From: Candidatus Daviesbacteria bacterium RIFCSPHIGHO2_02_FULL_43_12
GTDB lineage: Bacteria; Patescibacteriota; Microgenomatia; Daviesbacterales; UBA10151
Assembly (NCBI GenBank): GCA_001776775.1
Contig: MFDD01000002.1
Span: 309,344-373,343 of the forward strand
Direction: 5' to 3'
Length of the DNA: 64,000 nt
Both the position numbers and the translations under genes were made by a program. This document shows, in pieces, positions 20,534 to 28,783 of this stretch. Below the pieces are notes generated by a model that was given only the letters and a program-made list of their open reading frames with translations, made no database searches and was not told the DNA's origin. Each line of letters starts with the position of its first letter. The stretch's first letter is position 1.

Positions 20534-20725
20534 AATCTCAAAATTCAAATGTCAAAAGTCAAAATACCTGATTAGATTTTTTGTAAAAATGTCCACCCTT
20601 GGGGTGGAATAGCTTGACACCTGCGGAGTTTTAAAGTTTGCTGAGGCTCTACTGTGACCAATGCAAATCTCGGGGTGGGCATTTGAATTGGTCACAATGG
20701 TAGAACATGATATTATTTATTTAAG

Positions 20726-21880
20726 GTGAAGCTACAGATTGTTTTGCTTTGCACTTTTATAACCCTTTTCCTTACCTTTGGTCCCTCAAAAGTCCTGGCC
20801 GCACCCGCTTCCCCTCCCCAAACGAGTCCAGCGGATAGCTCAACTGTGACTACCACCAAAATGGTTTGGCAAGCCCCATCTTACTCTCTATACACAGACG
20901 GCAGCCCTTATTTGATTCAAGTTGACGAGGAGAATAGTTTCGGCTCTCCCTATCGCAATACCTATCTCTCTAATACCTCTTACACCCCCACCTTGTCTTA
21001 TGGCCTTTGGTATTGGAGAGTGAAAGCCAAAGATAGCTCCGGCACTTGGAGTGACTGGAGTAACGTCTGGTCATTTACTTTGGCAGCTACCTTACCAAGC
21101 CCGACTCCAACTCCATCCCCTTCTCCTTCCCCTACCCCATCACCAATCGCTGCAAGCACCCCTACTCAGACTTTCAGTGTCTCGAATCTCCCATCATCTA
21201 TTAATAGTTCCGACCCGTATACCATAACTCTTCAACTCGCCAACTTCACAGCCAATACCCAATATTACCTAAAAGGGGCTTTTCAAAAATCTGGCTCTTC
21301 CAACTACTTTGGACAAACTAGGGTAGGAGATAGCTGGATCAAAAATAACCAAACCTATTCTTCCCAACTACCTATTACTACCGACTCTTCCGGCAATTGG
21401 AGTGGCAACCTAGAGGTCAAAGTTGATCCAGAAGACTCGGGATTTACCGGCAGCGACAGCTATATTTTTAAGGTCGCCCGATATTCTGGCACAGGATCGA
21501 TTAGTTGGAGCAGTGAACAAACAGTCTCCCTGACGGACAGCTCGACTTCTACTTCAAGCCTTTCCTCAAGTACCGCTTTAGAAACTTCAGGCTCACCCTC
21601 ACCAAGTCCAATCCCTTCTGCCTCAGGAGACAGCTCAACTAAGCTACAAGCTGTCGCCCAGTCTGCGGATTTGCATTATTCCTCTTTTACCTTACCTACA
21701 CTCTCGAGCAACTCTGCCACTGTTGCCGGAATTGCCGTAGAAAATACCCCTGAGGTCAAAGTTAAGTCCAGTAAAATCGCGCTTATACCTACTCTCTTCG
21801 GAGTGGTTCTAGTGGCGGGCAGTGGCGTCTTTTTGGCCTTCAAACACTTCTCCCTAGCTTTTTTCAAAAAATTGCCGTAA
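20726..21880 (+). CDS. secreted surface protein with FN3-like domain, Pro/Ser/Thr linker and C-terminal hydrophobic anchor
   Basis: Signal peptide MKLQIVLLCTFITLFLTFGPSKVLA, tryptophan-ladder YWRVKAKDSSGTWSDWSNVWSFT (FN3/PKD-like), a PSPTPTPSPSPSPTPSP linker, and a C-terminal TM segment followed by KHF..KKLP. Confidence 0.5.
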   Translation: MKLQIVLLCTFITLFLTFGPSKVLAAPASPPQTSPADSSTVTTTKMVWQAPSYSLYTDGSPYLIQVDEENSFGSPYRNTYLSNTSYTPTLSYGLWYWRVKAKDSSGTWSDWSNVWSFTLAATLPSPTPTPSPSPSPTPSPIAASTPTQTFSVSNLPSSINSSDPYTITLQLANFTANTQYYLKGAFQKSGSSNYFGQTRVGDSWIKNNQTYSSQLPITTDSSGNWSGNLEVKVDPEDSGFTGSDSYIFKVARYSGTGSISWSSEQTVSLTDSSTSTSSLSSSTALETSGSPSPSPIPSASGDSSTKLQAVAQSADLHYSSFTLPTLSSNSATVAGIAVENTPEVKVKSSKIALIPTLFGVVLVAGSGVFLAFKHFSLAFFKKLP

Positions 21881-21890
21881 CATTTGGCAG

Positions 21891-22322
21891 ATGAAAGTGA
21901 CAACTCACTCAGCAGAAGCGACCAAACAGTTCGCCAAAGAATTAGCCCAAAAATATATCGGACAAGGAATCCTAATCACTCTTGAAGGCGAGCTTGGTGT
22001 TGGCAAAACCACTTTTGCCCAGGGCTTTGCAGCGGGGTTGGATATTACCCAAAAGATTCTCTCACCCACCTTCGTGATCACCAGGCAATATCTACTTAAC
22101 GCCACTCAACAAACCTTTTATCATTGCGATTTATATCGCTTTGACACGGGCTTTGATACAATAAATACAGGGATTAGCGAGCTTCTGGCTAACTCCAAAG
22201 ATATTATTTTAATTGAATGGGCCGATCGATTAGGAGACAGAGTCCCGAGCAGGGCAATCAGTGTTACCCTTCGGAGATTGTCGGAAAATAAGCATGAGAT
22301 TACTCTGACGACTGACGACTGA
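21891..22322 (+). CDS. tsaE: tRNA t6A37 biosynthesis ATPase TsaE (YjeE)
   Basis: P-loop GELGVGKTTFAQG and the conserved HCDLYR/IEW motifs of TsaE, 143 aa. Confidence 0.8.
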   Translation: MKVTTHSAEATKQFAKELAQKYIGQGILITLEGELGVGKTTFAQGFAAGLDITQKILSPTFVITRQYLLNATQQTFYHCDLYRFDTGFDTINTGISELLANSKDIILIEWADRLGDRVPSRAISVTLRRLSENKHEITLTTDD

Positions 22323-22350
22323 CGACTGACGACTGACGACTGACGACTGA
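22305..22350. repeat. tandem heptanucleotide repeat (CGACTGA) about 6 copies
   Basis: The sequence reads ctga(cgactga)x6 across the tsaE stop codon, ending 6 nt before the dgkA ATG. It carries TGA in every frame. Confidence 0.9.
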
Positions 22351-22356
22351 AATTAT

Positions 22357-22722
22357 ATGACTAAATCAAGAATTCTTTCTTTTAAATATGCCTGGCAGGG
22401 CATTGTCACCGCCCTCAAAGACGAACCAAATCTTAAAGTTCATTTTTTAATCGCTATCTTAGTTACTCTTCTGGGTAATTACCTGCATATCACTCAAACA
22501 GAGTGGTTAATACTCATTCTAGTCATGGGGTTGGTGATCGCCTTAGAGCTTACCAATACCGCCATTGAAGAGGTCGTCAACGTCTTTGCCCCAGACATGC
22601 ATCCATCTGCCAAAAAAGCCAAGGATGTGGCTGCCGGAGCGGTACTCGTTGCCTCCGTCACTGCTATCTTAATCGGAGCAATCATTTTCTTCCCCTATTT
22701 TTACTCCCTTATTCTAATCTGA
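22357..22722 (+). CDS. dgkA: diacylglycerol/undecaprenol kinase DgkA-family small membrane protein
   Basis: 121 aa with 3 TM helices and conserved E..N and EL.NTAIE residues (ALELTNTAIEEVVN) typical of prokaryotic DgkA. Confidence 0.7.
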   Translation: MTKSRILSFKYAWQGIVTALKDEPNLKVHFLIAILVTLLGNYLHITQTEWLILILVMGLVIALELTNTAIEEVVNVFAPDMHPSAKKAKDVAAGAVLVASVTAILIGAIIFFPYFYSLILI

Positions 22723-22978
22723 TGTAATTCTATGGAGGCCAGTTGGTCACTTGTAGCATTCTTTTGTCAAGAGTGCTAATTTCAGATTAGGTATGGATTG
22801 GATCGTTAGGACAGCAAAAACTTGAACTCAGTCAAGAGGCAGAGGCAGCAATATTTGAGCAGATATCCCCCTTTGGCTTATAGTTTAAAAAATATCTATT
22901 CTAGCACTTGGGGAACTAAGCTGATAATAGAGTCCGACACTTGCTGTGTCAAGACTTAGTTTGGTGTTCCAGAAGAGT

Positions 22979-24034
22979 TTATTTACTGGTCGTGATTGCA
23001 ACATCCTTGGTCGCTTGAGGGTCAGTGATTGGAGTTACCACCGAGAAAAGCTTTTGCAACCCCTCAACGATGGCTTGTCTATCTGTTTCAGCCACCCGGG
23101 TCGAAAAGGCTACCTGGGAGCCAGTCGTAGTTAAGCTGGTGTTACCAGTATCAATATTGGAATACCCCAGGGTGACCAATGCCGCCTTGACCTTACCCGC
23201 TTGACCTGAAATTCCTGAACCGTTTAATACTTGGATCGTCAATTCTTCTTTTCCGGCTAAAGGAATGCTGCTCGGAGAAGGGCTTGGAGAAGCCCCGTTT
23301 GAGGTGGGGACATGTGAGGGAGACGATCTAGCAAAAAAAGCAACTAGACGAGGCCTGACTGTGGGAATGGTCCACAGAGCTCCTAGAAAAGCTGCTCCAC
23401 AGAGCAGTACCAGAACCAGGTTAATTATCCAACCGCGCCTCACCATAGTCTGGTTGGGTTCGGGGGTGAAAGACCTTTTCTCGGTATGTAAAAAATCAAT
23501 ATGCGCAGAAGTTGAATATTCCTTTATGGTTTGCTTTACTTCTCCTTCTTCTAATACTTCCTTCGATCCAAACTCTCCATAAAAAAGGGCCGGAGAAACG
23601 CTGGCTATTTGCCACCCCTGATTCTCAAATTCTGCAACGACAGGCATAAATAAATGCTTATTCGTGGCAAAAATATATAGCTGGCCTTGGGTTTCTATCC
23701 TCACTGTAGCTACTTCTTCGGGCAGGAGTGGCAAGGTTTCTAAAAACTGGACTACTTCCCTATCTAGCTGTTCCGGAGAAGAAAAACTCCTGTTTTCCTG
23801 AAAGATTATTTCATCTGACAGGAGTAGCAAAGCTGTCTGACTCCTGAGATCGCTACTGGATAAAGCCTCATATATCAGCTCCTGGTAACGCAGCGGCTCC
23901 AGCACTTGGAGATTAGCTACTACACTTACCGGAAACTCTAGCTCCAAAACCTCAAAATCATGTCCGGAATAGACTTGCAGCGCATTCTTTTTAAGCAGTA
24001 GTAACGCCTGCGGTCGCTTGTTAAAAACACTCAT
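22979..24034 (-). CDS. LytR_C-domain membrane protein (cell-envelope-associated)
   Basis: Central TM helix (WIINLVLVLLCGAAFLGALW) and a C-terminal block LTIQVLNGSGISGQAGKVKAALVTLGY that matches the LytR_C fold. The N-terminal cytoplasmic domain is unassigned. Confidence 0.5.
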   Translation of the reverse strand: MSVFNKRPQALLLLKKNALQVYSGHDFEVLELEFPVSVVANLQVLEPLRYQELIYEALSSSDLRSQTALLLLSDEIIFQENRSFSSPEQLDREVVQFLETLPLLPEEVATVRIETQGQLYIFATNKHLFMPVVAEFENQGWQIASVSPALFYGEFGSKEVLEEGEVKQTIKEYSTSAHIDFLHTEKRSFTPEPNQTMVRRGWIINLVLVLLCGAAFLGALWTIPTVRPRLVAFFARSSPSHVPTSNGASPSPSPSSIPLAGKEELTIQVLNGSGISGQAGKVKAALVTLGYSNIDTGNTSLTTTGSQVAFSTRVAETDRQAIVEGLQKLFSVVTPITDPQATKDVAITTSK

Positions 24035-24043
24035 AAGTTCATC

Positions 24044-24667
24044 TTACCCTAAATGGGCGTGATCATTCCAAGTCAGCAGAGTCCAACCCTCCTCGGGATC
24101 AAAATCACAAACCGTAACCCCGGTATTTTTTGTTTTCAAAAATAGCTTGGCCCGCCGGTAAAACTCAGGCAGAATATTTCCATCCAGCATCATCACGCAA
24201 ATCAGCATCTTTATTAGGTTACCATGACTAACCACCAAGATATTTTCTTCGTTCCTACTCTCCAGCATCTTCAGTGCTAAAGTTGCCCGGTTTCTAATCT
24301 CAAAAAAGTTTTCTTCATCAGAGAAGTGCCAGTCGGGGTCGTCGCCATGAGCATCTAAGAGGTTTCTGATGCGCTTGGACTCTGGGTTGGTATGTTCCAT
24401 GCTCTCTAATTCGCTTGGCCATTTAATCTCCCCTAAGAGATCTGATAAATTTAATTTCTTACTGATTTTGGCGGCGATAATCTCAGCCGTAGCTTTAGCC
24501 CTGGTGTGTGGACTGGAAAAAATTATTTCCACAGGTAGACGAGTAAGGCGATCGGCGACTATTTCAGCCTGCCTGGAACCTGCTTTGCTAAGTTGCACCA
24601 AAGGATGCTGATGCATGGCCGATGCATTATGGGTACTCTCCCCATGTCTGACAAAATACACTCTCAT
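24044..24667 (-). CDS. histidine phosphatase family protein (second paralog)
   Basis: MRVYFVRHGESTHN RHG motif, 207 aa. It is a paralog of the 6683-7309 gene. Confidence 0.75.
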   Translation of the reverse strand: MRVYFVRHGESTHNASAMHQHPLVQLSKAGSRQAEIVADRLTRLPVEIIFSSPHTRAKATAEIIAAKISKKLNLSDLLGEIKWPSELESMEHTNPESKRIRNLLDAHGDDPDWHFSDEENFFEIRNRATLALKMLESRNEENILVVSHGNLIKMLICVMMLDGNILPEFYRRAKLFLKTKNTGVTVCDFDPEEGWTLLTWNDHAHLG

Positions 24668-24674
24668 CTGCTAA

Positions 24675-26108
24675 TTATATACTAGGTTTTTCTTCTTCCA
24701 AATATTCAGCATCTTCATTAATCTGCCAGATGTCGTATTTTTTATATCCCAGCAAAAAATTACGGGCAGCCAGCATCCCGCTATAAAGGGAGTGGTCCAT
24801 ATTGTTGTATTTATACATCCCACCTCTGCCAATCAAAGAAAGATTACTAAGCTGCTCAACGTAATTTTTTAGGATATCAAAATACTGTTTATGTCCCAGA
24901 TAATAGGTTGGATAAGACTCTGTCTCTCTAATCACAAAGCCCTCTATTTTTAAATCTTTGTTAATTAGGGCTACTTGTTCTAACTCTTTTATCGCCAGTG
25001 CCACTAACTCTTCATCGCTCAAGCTCCAAAGCTGATCATCCTGGAAAACAAAATATTCAACGGCTATGGCTGAGGTTTTATCTTGAGAGGGGTTTTTCCG
25101 GAAATTATTATAATTGGTTACCCGAGCCATCTGTACCTCTGGAGAATGGATATAGATCCAGTTATCGGGAAAAAGGTTGGTACCTTGAACTAACAGATTG
25201 ACGGTAATATGGTCGCGGTAGTAAAGCTTTTTAGCAGCGGCAACAACCTTTGCCGGAGCGCTCGGTGACAGCTTTAAAATAAATTCGGTTAAAGGCATGC
25301 TGGAAAATAAATAGTCAACTGGCAATATCTGTACAGATATTTCTTTTTTAAAATCCAAAGAGACTACTTTTTTTTGTCGATGATAAATTTTGGAGACAGC
25401 AGAATCGAGGAAGAACTTACCCTTGCCTTGTTTAATCTTACTTGCCAATTTTTCGTACATCGACCCTGCTCCTCTTTTGGGATAATAGAATTTATCAATC
25501 AAGCTCTTAGCCTTGTTTTTACCCCCCAATGCATTCTTAATGACCTCAGAGAAGCTTAAATTTTTGATTCTCTGAGCCGCCCACTCGGCACCTATCTTAC
25601 CACAATCGATTCCCCAAACTTTTTCGGTATAGGTTTTAAAAAAAATAGTATAAAGTTTTTTACCAAAGTTTTGGGAAACCCAATCTTCAAATGTTTTGGC
25701 TGTTTTTTTAGGCTCAATTTTGGTCTTTACAAACGAAACTAAACACCTCACACTTTCCAAAATCCCCAACTTTTTTATAACATCAGTCAATTTAATCGGA
25801 TAAAAAAATAGTTTATTTTTATAAAGAATTCTGGTGAGTCTTGGCACTTCGTAGAAATCTTTCTTTAAAGTATTTTTCCAAAGATCAAAGACTTCTTTAT
25901 TTTTGGTATAAAATCGATGCGGCCCGACATCAAAGAAATGTCCTTTAAATTTAAAAGACCTAGCTAATCCTCCAACTTGGGAATTCTTATCAATAATTAG
26001 TAAATCCAGCTCTGCTTGTTTATCTTTTGTTAACTCAAAAGCAGCCCCTAGTCCAGCCGGACCGGCCCCGATTATAACAATTTTCTGTTTTTTACTTGTT
26101 ATACGCAT
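24675..26108 (-). CDS. FAD-dependent oxidoreductase, UDP-galactopyranose-mutase-like
   Basis: N-terminal dinucleotide-binding KIVIIGAGPAGLGAAFEL, then IIDKNSQVGGLARSFKFKGHFFDVGPHRFYTKNKEVF, which resembles the Glf GG...GPH.FHT block. AT-rich, and sits adjacent to GT-C membrane proteins. Confidence 0.6.
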   Translation of the reverse strand: MRITSKKQKIVIIGAGPAGLGAAFELTKDKQAELDLLIIDKNSQVGGLARSFKFKGHFFDVGPHRFYTKNKEVFDLWKNTLKKDFYEVPRLTRILYKNKLFFYPIKLTDVIKKLGILESVRCLVSFVKTKIEPKKTAKTFEDWVSQNFGKKLYTIFFKTYTEKVWGIDCGKIGAEWAAQRIKNLSFSEVIKNALGGKNKAKSLIDKFYYPKRGAGSMYEKLASKIKQGKGKFFLDSAVSKIYHRQKKVVSLDFKKEISVQILPVDYLFSSMPLTEFILKLSPSAPAKVVAAAKKLYYRDHITVNLLVQGTNLFPDNWIYIHSPEVQMARVTNYNNFRKNPSQDKTSAIAVEYFVFQDDQLWSLSDEELVALAIKELEQVALINKDLKIEGFVIRETESYPTYYLGHKQYFDILKNYVEQLSNLSLIGRGGMYKYNNMDHSLYSGMLAARNFLLGYKKYDIWQINEDAEYLEEEKPSI

Positions 26109-26154
26109 AAAACCTCTTTAATTTAACATAAAATAATGTTATCGTCATCTTGCA

Positions 26155-27360
26155 ATGATGAAAATTATAATTACCCTGTTTTTAATTCTCTCAATAACTC
26201 TGCAAATCCATAATATCTACACCTACCCACCGACTAGGGGATTCGATTCTTTGGGACATATTCAAAACATTACCAAAATGCAAAGTGAAAAAAGACTTCT
26301 CCTACCAGAGGAAACTCCGCAGTCATATCATCCTCCATTATATTATTTAGTAGCGAGCAGTTTCCCTAATCTAAAAATAGTTCAGTGGTTTAACTTTTTG
26401 GTACTTTTAACTTTGGGAGCTTTAGTTTTTTACTTTTTTAAAAGAGTTATTGACTCTACTATTCCGGCTCTATCTTTTTTACTATTAATGACTAGTTTGC
26501 CAGTAGTTGTGTATATGGTTCCTCAAATTAGTAATGAATTTTTTTCTGCAGTATTAATCAGTTCTACCCTAATATTTTATTACTTTAAAAGAGAGCTGCT
26601 TGGTAAATTTAGTAATCAAATTATTTTAGGAATGTTAGTGGGATTATCTTTACTATCCAAATCTACGGCATTGGTTTTTTTTCTCACCATTCTTATTGAT
26701 CAACTAATTTTAAATAAACTTGATTTTAAGAAATATTTTTTTTCTACATATCTACTATTTTTTTCGAGTCTACTAATCTCTGGATGGTTTTATATAAGAA
26801 ATTTTTTATACTACGGTAACCCACTTGTGACTAATATTGATTTTCCACAGTGGCAATATTTTCAAGAGCCAGGATTCAGAGATTTATTATTTTATATTAA
26901 CTTAAAACCCTTTTTATATTTTGATTTATTTCATGCACATTGGTATTCATTTTGGGGCGGAACTTTTTATAGTTTTTTCTATGATGGGTCAAACGCCCTT
27001 ATTCCCGTCCAGCAATTTTCTAAGGCTGGAGTTTTGCTGGTAATACAATCACTTCCTTTCGTTTATTTATTCTTCAAGGGTTGTATTCATACTTTACGGT
27101 CACCATCTTCGAGGGGTAAATTTTTTTTACTTTATATAAGTTTACTTTTCATGGCCTATTTTTTTTATACCCTAAAACTACCGTTCTATTCCGCGGTAAA
27201 AGCAAGCTACCTGCTTTCCTTAGTTGTTCCTTTTACTTACTTTGTTAACAAAGGTTTAGAAAAATCTCTCGTACTAAAAGCGGCTTTCCCTTTTTATGTT
27301 TGTATCTATACACTTGTCGTTATAAAGAATTTTTGGATACAGACTTACTGGATGCGATGA
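26155..27360 (+). CDS. GT-C-like polytopic membrane protein (ArnT/PMT-like), 401 aa
   Basis: More than 10 TM helices, about 27% GC, and a periplasmic loop after TM1. No soluble domain. Confidence 0.45.
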   Translation: MMKIIITLFLILSITLQIHNIYTYPPTRGFDSLGHIQNITKMQSEKRLLLPEETPQSYHPPLYYLVASSFPNLKIVQWFNFLVLLTLGALVFYFFKRVIDSTIPALSFLLLMTSLPVVVYMVPQISNEFFSAVLISSTLIFYYFKRELLGKFSNQIILGMLVGLSLLSKSTALVFFLTILIDQLILNKLDFKKYFFSTYLLFFSSLLISGWFYIRNFLYYGNPLVTNIDFPQWQYFQEPGFRDLLFYINLKPFLYFDLFHAHWYSFWGGTFYSFFYDGSNALIPVQQFSKAGVLLVIQSLPFVYLFFKGCIHTLRSPSSRGKFFLLYISLLFMAYFFYTLKLPFYSAVKASYLLSLVVPFTYFVNKGLEKSLVLKAAFPFYVCIYTLVVIKNFWIQTYWMR

Positions 27361-28781
27361 GACCAAAACTTTTAAGCTCCTATCTTTTATTAACTCTTTT
27401 GGTACTCGGACTATTTACTGTTTTTTCTTTTAACCTTCAAGCTAGCTATTTACTATCCTCGGATTTTTCCAGGGATGTAGACCAGGCTTTAAAGATTACC
27501 CAGGGGCACTTAACAATTGTCGGGCCCTGGCTTAATTTTAAAGGTCTTTTAGCGGGGCCTTATTATTACTATTTTTTAAGTATTCCTCTTTTTCTCACCT
27601 CTGCCAATCCAAATAGCACCCTTTTTGTTAATGCTTTGATGTTTGCCCTTTCTTTGGGATTTTTTTTCTTACGAATGCAGAAAGAAACTACTGGTTTAAA
27701 AGGTCTTTTAGCAACTCTGAGCTTAGCATTCAGCTTTTCTTTTATACTGGCAGCCAGAACACCTGGAAATGGTTTCTCTTATCTACCTTTACTGCTACTA
27801 GTTTTGACAGATTTTTACACTACCAAAGAATATAGTTTCAAACAGGTAGGTTTACTCGGAATCTTTTCTGGTTTACTTGTTAATACTCATCCTATTTCAA
27901 GTTTTGTATTAGTTCCGATCTTTATTTATTTTCTCTTCAAGAATCGACTGCAGTTTTTAGTTATATGCTTGGGATTATCCCTGACTTACCTTCCGCTATT
28001 GCTCTTTGAACTTTTACATAATTTTCAAATTCTGAAAAGTTTTATAACTCCGGATTTTAATCAAACTAATAGTTTGGGGAACTTTTCGTCTCACCAGTCT
28101 ATTTTTTTAGTATTAAAATTAAATATCCAAACTATTTTTGTATTTTTAGATAGACAATTTATCCTACCTAGTATTTTAACAATCATTTCAATTATTACTT
28201 TCTCAGTAATAACATTTAAAAAATCTCAGTTATTTATAATCTTTCATCTTTTATGTAGCTTAGTATTATTCATTGTCCTGTTACCCAAGACTGCCGAGTT
28301 TCACTACTCACTGCCCTTTGGACTACTGATCCTTTTTTTATTTGCCTTTGTCATCGCTCGATCTAGTTTATATCTACTTTTAAGTTTAATTATTATTTTA
28401 GAAATATTTTTCTTTCCCTTTGATCTTTTCAAACCATCTGCTCGAAACTTCGTTACTATCGAGAAAAGAGTTAATTTTATTCTAGCTCAAAATATTATCG
28501 ATAAAGAGCCATCTCTTAATGTCATAAGATTTTCTGACTCTAACAGCTTTTTACCCATTGGACAGGAATACCGATTTTTTCTAAGGAGAGCTGGCTACAA
28601 GGTAGACTCCGAATATGAATATCCCAAGTCAAAGCAATTAGTTATTTTCGCCGAGTACCCTCAGTTTGATATCACTAAATTCCGTACCTGGGAAACTAGT
28701 CAATTTGGAAATGACTACTTAAGGAATTATAAGCAATACACGCTTGAAGAAACTTCAATCTATGTAGTCAAGAAATTTTAA
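27357..28781 (+). CDS. GT-C-like polytopic membrane protein, about 475 aa
   Basis: A polytopic N-terminal region plus a C-terminal soluble domain. The start is placed at the ATG at 27357 (MRPKLLSSYLL), which forms an ATGA overlap with the upstream stop. The ORF track began it earlier at 27300. Confidence 0.45.
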   Translation: MRPKLLSSYLLLTLLVLGLFTVFSFNLQASYLLSSDFSRDVDQALKITQGHLTIVGPWLNFKGLLAGPYYYYFLSIPLFLTSANPNSTLFVNALMFALSLGFFFLRMQKETTGLKGLLATLSLAFSFSFILAARTPGNGFSYLPLLLLVLTDFYTTKEYSFKQVGLLGIFSGLLVNTHPISSFVLVPIFIYFLFKNRLQFLVICLGLSLTYLPLLLFELLHNFQILKSFITPDFNQTNSLGNFSSHQSIFLVLKLNIQTIFVFLDRQFILPSILTIISIITFSVITFKKSQLFIIFHLLCSLVLFIVLLPKTAEFHYSLPFGLLILFLFAFVIARSSLYLLLSLIIILEIFFFPFDLFKPSARNFVTIEKRVNFILAQNIIDKEPSLNVIRFSDSNSFLPIGQEYRFFLRRAGYKVDSEYEYPKSKQLVIFAEYPQFDITKFRTWETSQFGNDYLRNYKQYTLEETSIYVVKKF

Positions 28782-28783
28782 TT

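Noticed and set aside
27300-27360. 60-nt overlap between the 401-aa and 493-aa membrane-protein ORFs, which suggested a frameshifted single gene.
   Set aside because: An in-frame ATG at 27357 forms an ATGA start/stop overlap with the upstream gene. The same coupling pattern occurs at ruvC/ruvA. Two separate genes is the simpler reading.
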